Origin: Eledone cirrhosa
Lineage: Eukaryota
Direction of reading: 5' to 3'
Assembly (NCBI GenBank): GCA_964016885.1
Contig: OZ024740.1
Coordinates: forward strand, 364,746,001 to 364,810,000
Length of the DNA: 64,000 nucleotides
Shown here: positions 58,193 to 64,000 of the stretch, piece after piece
Numbering within the stretch: position 1 is the stretch's first letter
How the letters are laid out: each line of letters starts with the position of its first letter
Made by a program: the position numbers and the translations under genes
Notes under the pieces: generated by a model
Database searches by the model: none
What the model saw: only the letters and a program-made list of their open reading frames with translations
What the model was told of the DNA's origin: nothing

Positions 58193-61100
58193 GTTTAACG
58201 TCCGTATTCCACGCTTGCATGGGTTTGGACGGGAGTTTTCCCATTTGAGGCAAGAGAGGTTGTCTTGCTCGCATAGGACTGTCTGGCGGGTTTTCTACGG
58301 CTAGATGCCCTTCCTAACACCAACCACATTTACAGTGTGGGGCTGGGAGGTTTTTACCGTGTTGCCTACACGGCCACATTACAGCATGGACTGTGTGTTT
58401 TTTTGTCGTGACACCTACACGACCTCATTTGTTTCGGCCTGGATGTTGTGGTACCAACATAACTTTACATTGAAAGGGGCGGTGTGGATGGGGGAGGGGT
58501 AGTGGGACGGGGGTGTATTTTGTTAGAGGTGCCTACTGACTGTAGTAGGTTTTACTTTGTATTTAGGTAAGGCGGGTCTTCTCTATTACTGAGTACCCCC
58601 AAAGATCTCGGTCCAGTGACATTGTCTTGGAGAGGTGTAAGTGTGTGAGGTCGGAATTTATCAAGTCGTCCCAGGTTTTTCTGGGTCTGCCTACTCCGTG
58701 GCTACCGTCTATTTTTATTGCCCTGCACTTTTTTATACAGCTGTCATCTTTCATGCGCATCACGTGACCATACCAACGTAGCCTTCTCTCGAGTAAACAA
58801 TATCTGATCCCTCTTATTTCTAATTTTTCCCTTAGTTCGTTAATGCTTTGCCGTTCACGTATATTACTATTACACATCCAGCGGAGCATGCAAGCTTCGT
58901 TCCTCTCTAGTCTGCGTATATCCTCTGCACACAATGCCCAGGTCTCACTGCCATGCAACATTGCTGTTCGTATGCAGGCATCATACAACCTGCCTTTCAT
59001 TTTTAGGGAGAACCCTTTAGCGGCTAATAGAGGTATAAGCTCTCTGAACTTTTTCTATCCAGTTCTGACTCTAGCTACTGTACTTTCAGAGCACCCTCCC
59101 CTACTGCTGATTTTGTCACCAAGGTAACGGAAGCTGTCCACTATTTCTATAGAACCCTCTGTGCAATTGAAAGAGCTAGTATTTAGTGGGCACTTGCTAC
59201 TACTTATTGCACCAGAGCACCGGCCACATGTAAAATCTATGTTTTTAGTTAGCTTACCTGTGATCCCACTACATCTTTTATGCACCCATACTTTGCATTT
59301 GGGACATAAAATGGAGTTTCTACCTACGCCTTTCCTACACACTGAGCATGGCCATTTCCCGGACGGGACCGGCGCCCTATTTTCCTTCCTACAAACTAGA
59401 ACTTTAGTCTTAGCCAGGTTAATTTTAAGGCCTTTTGATTCTAGGCCATGCTTCCATGTTTGGAATTTCTTCTCTAGTTCGGCCATTGATTCAGCTATGA
59501 GCGTTAGATCATCTGCGTATAGGAGTTCCCATGGGCAGCCGGTCTTGAACTCCACTGTTATAGCCTGAAGGGCAATAATAAATAGTAGGGGGCTAAGAAC
59601 GGAGCCCTGATGAACACCAACTTTTACGCTAAACTCTTCACTATATTCGTTGTTAATTCTAACCTTGCTGACTGTTTCTTTATACATGGCTTGTATAGCT
59701 CTCACAAGCCATTCATCAACACCTAGTTTTCTAAGAGCCCACCAGATAATGGAACGGGGGACTCTGTCGAAGGCTTTCTCCAAGTCGACAAAAGCTAAGT
59801 ATAGGGGTTTACTTTTAGCTAGGTACTTCTCCTGTAGTTGTCGTACAATGAAAAGAGCATCTGTGGTACTTTTGCCTGACACAAACCCGAACTGCATTTC
59901 ATCTAGATCAATTCTCTCTCTGATTAGTTGCACTATTACTTTTTCCGTGACCTTCATGACCTGGTCGATTAATTTAATGCCTCTATAGTTACTCCTATCT
60001 AGGGCATCTCCTTTACCCTTGTAACAGTTAATGATGATGCTGCTACGCCAGTCCTTCGGAACAACCCCATTCTGTATGACTTGGTTTACTATCCGGGTGA
60101 CCATGGTGTGTCCCACCGTTCCAGAGGCTTTCAGCATCTCAGCAACTATTTCCGAAGGCCCAGCCGCCTTACCCGTCTTCATATCTTTGATTGCCTTACT
60201 TATTATACTACCTTCGACTAACACTGATGGTCCCTCTATTGGGTCGATGTGGGGGAGACTGTCTTTCTCCCATTTATTCTCCTCATTTAGTAGCCTTTCT
60301 TAGTGACACTTCCAAGCTACCTTCTTATCAGCGTCAGTGATGGCAAGTACACCATCATCATTAAGTACACACTTCTCCCCGACAATATCACGGTTTTCCT
60401 TGACACATTGCCTAGCAATCCTGAACACCTCACGTTTTTAGTCCTCGCGTTGTAGAACATGCTTGAACTTTCTTTCCTCTGCTTCCCTTCTTGCGAAGTA
60501 CACTTGTCTCCTAGCTTCCCTCCTGGCCACTTGATAGTCTTCTCTACTTCCCCCATCCCGCCATACTTTCCAAGCCTGCTTTTTGGCCTTAATTGACTCC
60601 TCCACCTTACTGTTCCACCACCATGCTACTCTCCTCCTGCCTATAGGCCTGCTCCAGCCACAGACCTCGTCTGCCGCCATCAGCAGGTTTGCTTTCAGGA
60701 ATTCCCACTGTTCCTCTATATTGTACGACTCTAAATGCTCTTCCTTACTGTCGAAAGCATCAAGTAATATGCTTTGAAATTTATTCTGACCATGGGATCC
60801 TTTAGCTTCCATATTTTTCTCCTGAGGATAGTCCTCTTCTGCTGTCTAGTACGTCTCGTCCTGACTATGAGGTCGCTAATTATCAGTCTATGTTGGGAGG
60901 TGCATTCTTCATGGGGGAGGGATTTAGTGTTTACACTGGTATGTTCCCCTGATCTGTAGGTGATCAAGTGATTGTCTCGTTTTTTGGAGTTAGTGTTACA
61001 GATAGTTAGGTTATTTGCATCACAGAATTCCAGGATTCTGGAGCCTTCCTCGTTTCTAGTACCAAACCCATAGCCTCCGTGGATTCCATCATAGCCGTCA

Positions 61101-61790
61101 CAATGTTGTCCAACGTAACCATTTAGGTTGCCAGCAATAATTATATAGTCACTGTCGGTTATTTGGGAGGTAGTGAGCATCAGTGTCTCATAGAAACTGT
61201 CTTTTATAGCGGCAGGTAGTCCGGATTGGGGCGCGTACGCCGATATTACCGTCACAGTAGTTCTATTTAGAACAAGTCTTATTTTAATTATTCTGTCATT
61301 CACTCTATTTACGCCTATTATCTTATCCACCCATTTTTCTGCTAACATGATTCCTACTCCACCCAGCCCATTGTCATTTCCCACCCAGAAAAGCTTATAG
61401 CATTGTTTTTTACCCACAATGCATCTAGCAGACCCGCACCTCCACCTGGTCTCTTGGATACAGCAAACATCAACCTCCTTACGTTCAAGCATTTCTACAA
61501 CCTCGTTAGAGCGGCCTTTTAAGGTGCCTACGTTCATGGTACCAACTCTGAAGTTTTGGATTGCGTTTGGTGGGTGGGGCACAGGGAGGGGTGAGGTGGA
61601 TGGGGTTGGGGTTATGTTGGCCATCCGCGGCCGCAACAAAGAGGAGGGGGCCTTGCCCTTTCGTCCGGCAGCATAAGGTGAATTTGTCGTTATCTTTGGC
61701 ATTGTCTTCGGGTGTCCAGATTCTTCAGACTCTCCAGAAATTCCTTAGTCCATCCATCATATCGAAAACCGATATAAAAGACACAGAAGC
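58150..61790 (-). mobile_element. Full-length but inactivated RTE LINE (same family as 5199-8340)
   Basis: ATG at 61702; APE start FRVGTMNVGTLKGR/CIQETRW; RT; PHD-like finger; (CAT)n tail 58150-58192. Stops at ~60438, 60301 and 59055, frameshifts at ~60780-60800, deletion at ~60935. 5' boundary approximate. Confidence 0.95.
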
Positions 61791-62735
61791 GAAAACCAAC
61801 CAAACAGTGAGTGTGTTCTGTTATTAATTATGGCAATATTATTACACAAATATGACCCTCCCCAAGTATAACAATATATATAAATTAATATACTAAAATT
61901 CCCAATATAAAATATGCTGTTTTTTCCCAAAAATTAGTCCAGAAAATTCAGCCTGTTTCTTAGAGGCTGAAGGTGAAAGTTTTCCTATCTTGAACATTTT
62001 ATTTTGAAATATTGCAACTCAAATGGATGGTGCACCCTCGATGTTGGTTCACAACAGAAATAGAGGGAGGGAGGTGGTACACTGCTCCATTCTACAGCAC
62101 CCCAACAATACTGGAGAGTCAAGAAAAAAAAAAGAAATGATAAAGAAAAGGATGTTAATTTATTAAAAAATGTTATCATCATAGCTGAATCAAGATGTTT
62201 TTCTGTTTTACTAGATGGCCATCATAGATACCTGAGAAAAAAATCAAAATCAAAATTAGAAAAGATTGCCTACAAGCAATAATAAGATTTGGAGGTGGTT
62301 GTATAATAGTGTGGGAAATATTTTACCATTCAATATGAAGGATCACTTATTCTAGGTGGCAATCAAAGTGTCACTGTCTGTTATCAAAAAGACGACTTTT
62401 TGCATACATATATCTCTTTGCTCTTTACATAACAGCTTATTCAATCCACTGACAATATAGGAACATGATGATGCTACACCTATGGCTGTTCACAAAGAAT
62501 AGCATACATTAGAGGTTGCATTATTGAAAAGGATAGCTGTTGCTAGTAATATGATTAAAAAGATTTCAAAGAATCTAAAATATAATCACACCAGAAACGT
62601 TGAATATTAAATTTTGGTTATGAATAAATATCATTTTTATATATTTTGGAAAAACTTTGAATACAATATTAGAGTTGATTTTAACAAAAGGGAACATTAC
62701 TCACACACACATATGCATATATATGTATACATGTG

Positions 62736-62798
<63 letters not shown>

Positions 62799-62923
62799 GT
62801 TCATTTTATTAAGGCTGAATAGTGAGTTTTGTTACTCTGGAATTTTGCCTGTTTATGAGAGGGTCATTAGATAAGAATATATATATACATACATGCATAC
62901 ACACGCATACACACACATATATA

Positions 62924-63021
62924 CAGGGTGTCCCCAAAAATGTATACACACTTTCACAGCATTCTAATAAATATTGCCTGTACAGGTAATCAAAGTATGT
63001 ATACATTTTTGGGACACCCAA
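62924..63021. mobile_element. ~100-bp Tc1/mariner-type MITE
   Basis: TIRs GGGTGTCCCCAAAAATGTATAC and GTATACATTTTTGGGACACCC with TA flanks. Confidence 0.85.
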
Positions 63022-63046
63022 TATATGCAATATGTATATATATATA

Positions 63047-63093
<47 letters not shown>

Positions 63094-63244
63094 ATACTTT
63101 GGGAGGGTCATGTTGCCAATAAGAAACACACGCACCAGTTGCTTTCACTTCAATTTAATTTAATATATATTTATAAATTTACAAATTTATAAATTTCTGG
63201 TTGGTTGGTTGGTTCCACAACCAGATAGTTGTTTATATATATAT

Positions 63245-63289
63245 AGTCATAGTTCTTTCGTCACACACTCTGTGACCTCTTCAGTGACT
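63245..63289 (-). ncRNA. Minimal type-I hammerhead (mirror copy)
   Basis: Reverse complement of 63410-63454. Confidence 0.82.
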
Positions 63290-63409
63290 GGGGATTTCTT
63301 TCTTCGTTTCTGTGCCTTTCCTTTCTTCTATCCTACGCCATTTTTACGGCAAACAAAATGGCGTAGGATAGAAGAAAGGAAAGGCACAGAAACGAAGAAA
63401 GAAATCCCC

Positions 63410-63454
63410 AGTCACTGAAGAGGTCACAGAGTGTGTGACGAAAGAACTATGACT
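63410..63454 (+). ncRNA. Minimal type-I hammerhead
   Basis: AGTCA-CTGAAGA-G-GTCACA-GAGTG-TGTGAC-GAAAG-AA-CTA-TGACT: 5-bp helix I, 6-bp helix II, 2-bp helix III, CUA site. Confidence 0.82.
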
Positions 63455-63665
63455 ATATATATATAAACAACTATCTGGTTGTGGAACCAACCAACCAACC
63501 AGAAATTTATAAATTTGTAAATTTATAAATATATATTAAATTAAATTGAAGTGAAAGCAACTGGTGCGTGTGTTTCTTATTGGCAACATGACCCTCCCAA
63601 AGTATAACAATATCGGTTTCAACACACGATTTCAGATAAAGAATCTTGCTAAACAAATTCAGAAA

Positions 63666-63707
<42 letters not shown>

Positions 63708-63711
<4 letters not shown>

Positions 63712-63802
63712 TCATCATCATCATCGTTTAACATCCATCTTCCACGCTTGCATGGATTTGGACGGGAGTTTCCCACTTGAGGCAAGAGTGGTTGTCTTGC
63801 TT
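63708..63802 (-). mobile_element. RTE 3' UTR stub
   Basis: (CAT)n followed by CGTTTAAC...CCCACTTGAGGCAAGA. Confidence 0.85.
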
Positions 63803-63840
63803 GTATATATATATATATATATATATATGAAAATGTTTAA

Positions 63841-63933
63841 CCCCGACGGCAAAGCTCAAGCCGTTTCGACGGCTATTTCTGGACTAAATTAGAATTTTTA
63901 GCGTGGTAATAAATAGCCAAACTTTTCAAGGGG
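63841..63933 (-). ncRNA. Type-I hammerhead, U3:A8 core, extended helix II, 5-bp helix III
   Basis: Minus strand CCCC-TTGAAAA-GTTTGGCTATTT...AAATAGCCGTC-GAAACGGC-TTGAGCTTT-GCCGTC-GGGG. Confidence 0.78.
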
Positions 63934-64000
63934 TAATTCCTTATATGGGAAGATTGTAGTTGTCAAAAGGATTGGTCAAAATTTCTTGTAAACATAATTA

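Larger units (their letters stand above)
63086..63613. repeat. 528-bp foldback (259-bp arms, 10-nt loop) carrying two divergent hammerheads
   Basis: 63086-63344 is the reverse complement of 63355-63613; no mismatch found by eye. Confidence 0.95.

Noticed and set aside
61700-61740. CTGAAGA in the RTE 5' UTR (minus strand)
   Set aside because: No GAAA partner or pairing helices, so not a hammerhead.

Overview
Eukaryotic, gene-free, repeat-saturated DNA. The kilobase-scale (TA)n/(TATG)n arrays, RTE LINEs with (GAT)n tails and tRNA-derived SINEs suggest a cephalopod (octopus-like) genome, which is an inference. No host protein-coding gene could be supported, and the long YI/MY ORFs are microsatellite artefacts. 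Content: several RTE-clade LINEs (one 919-codon uninterrupted 5'-truncated ORF, one full-length decayed copy), two CR1/L2-group LINEs, a Penelope-like (Neptune-type) retroelement with tail fragments, seven co-oriented copies of a ~600-bp non-autonomous bipartite LINE derivative, SINEs, DNA-transposon relics/MITEs and a 200-N gap. The main unannotated signal is a set of about 15 type-I hammerhead ribozyme motifs from at least 8 sequence families, several with U3:A8 cores or long helix II extensions. They lie in non-coding 558-593-bp tandem units and foldback structures inserted in (TA)n, which resembles a retrozyme-like or Penelope-mobilised non-autonomous RNA system. All folds were read by eye; none is computed or experimentally tested.
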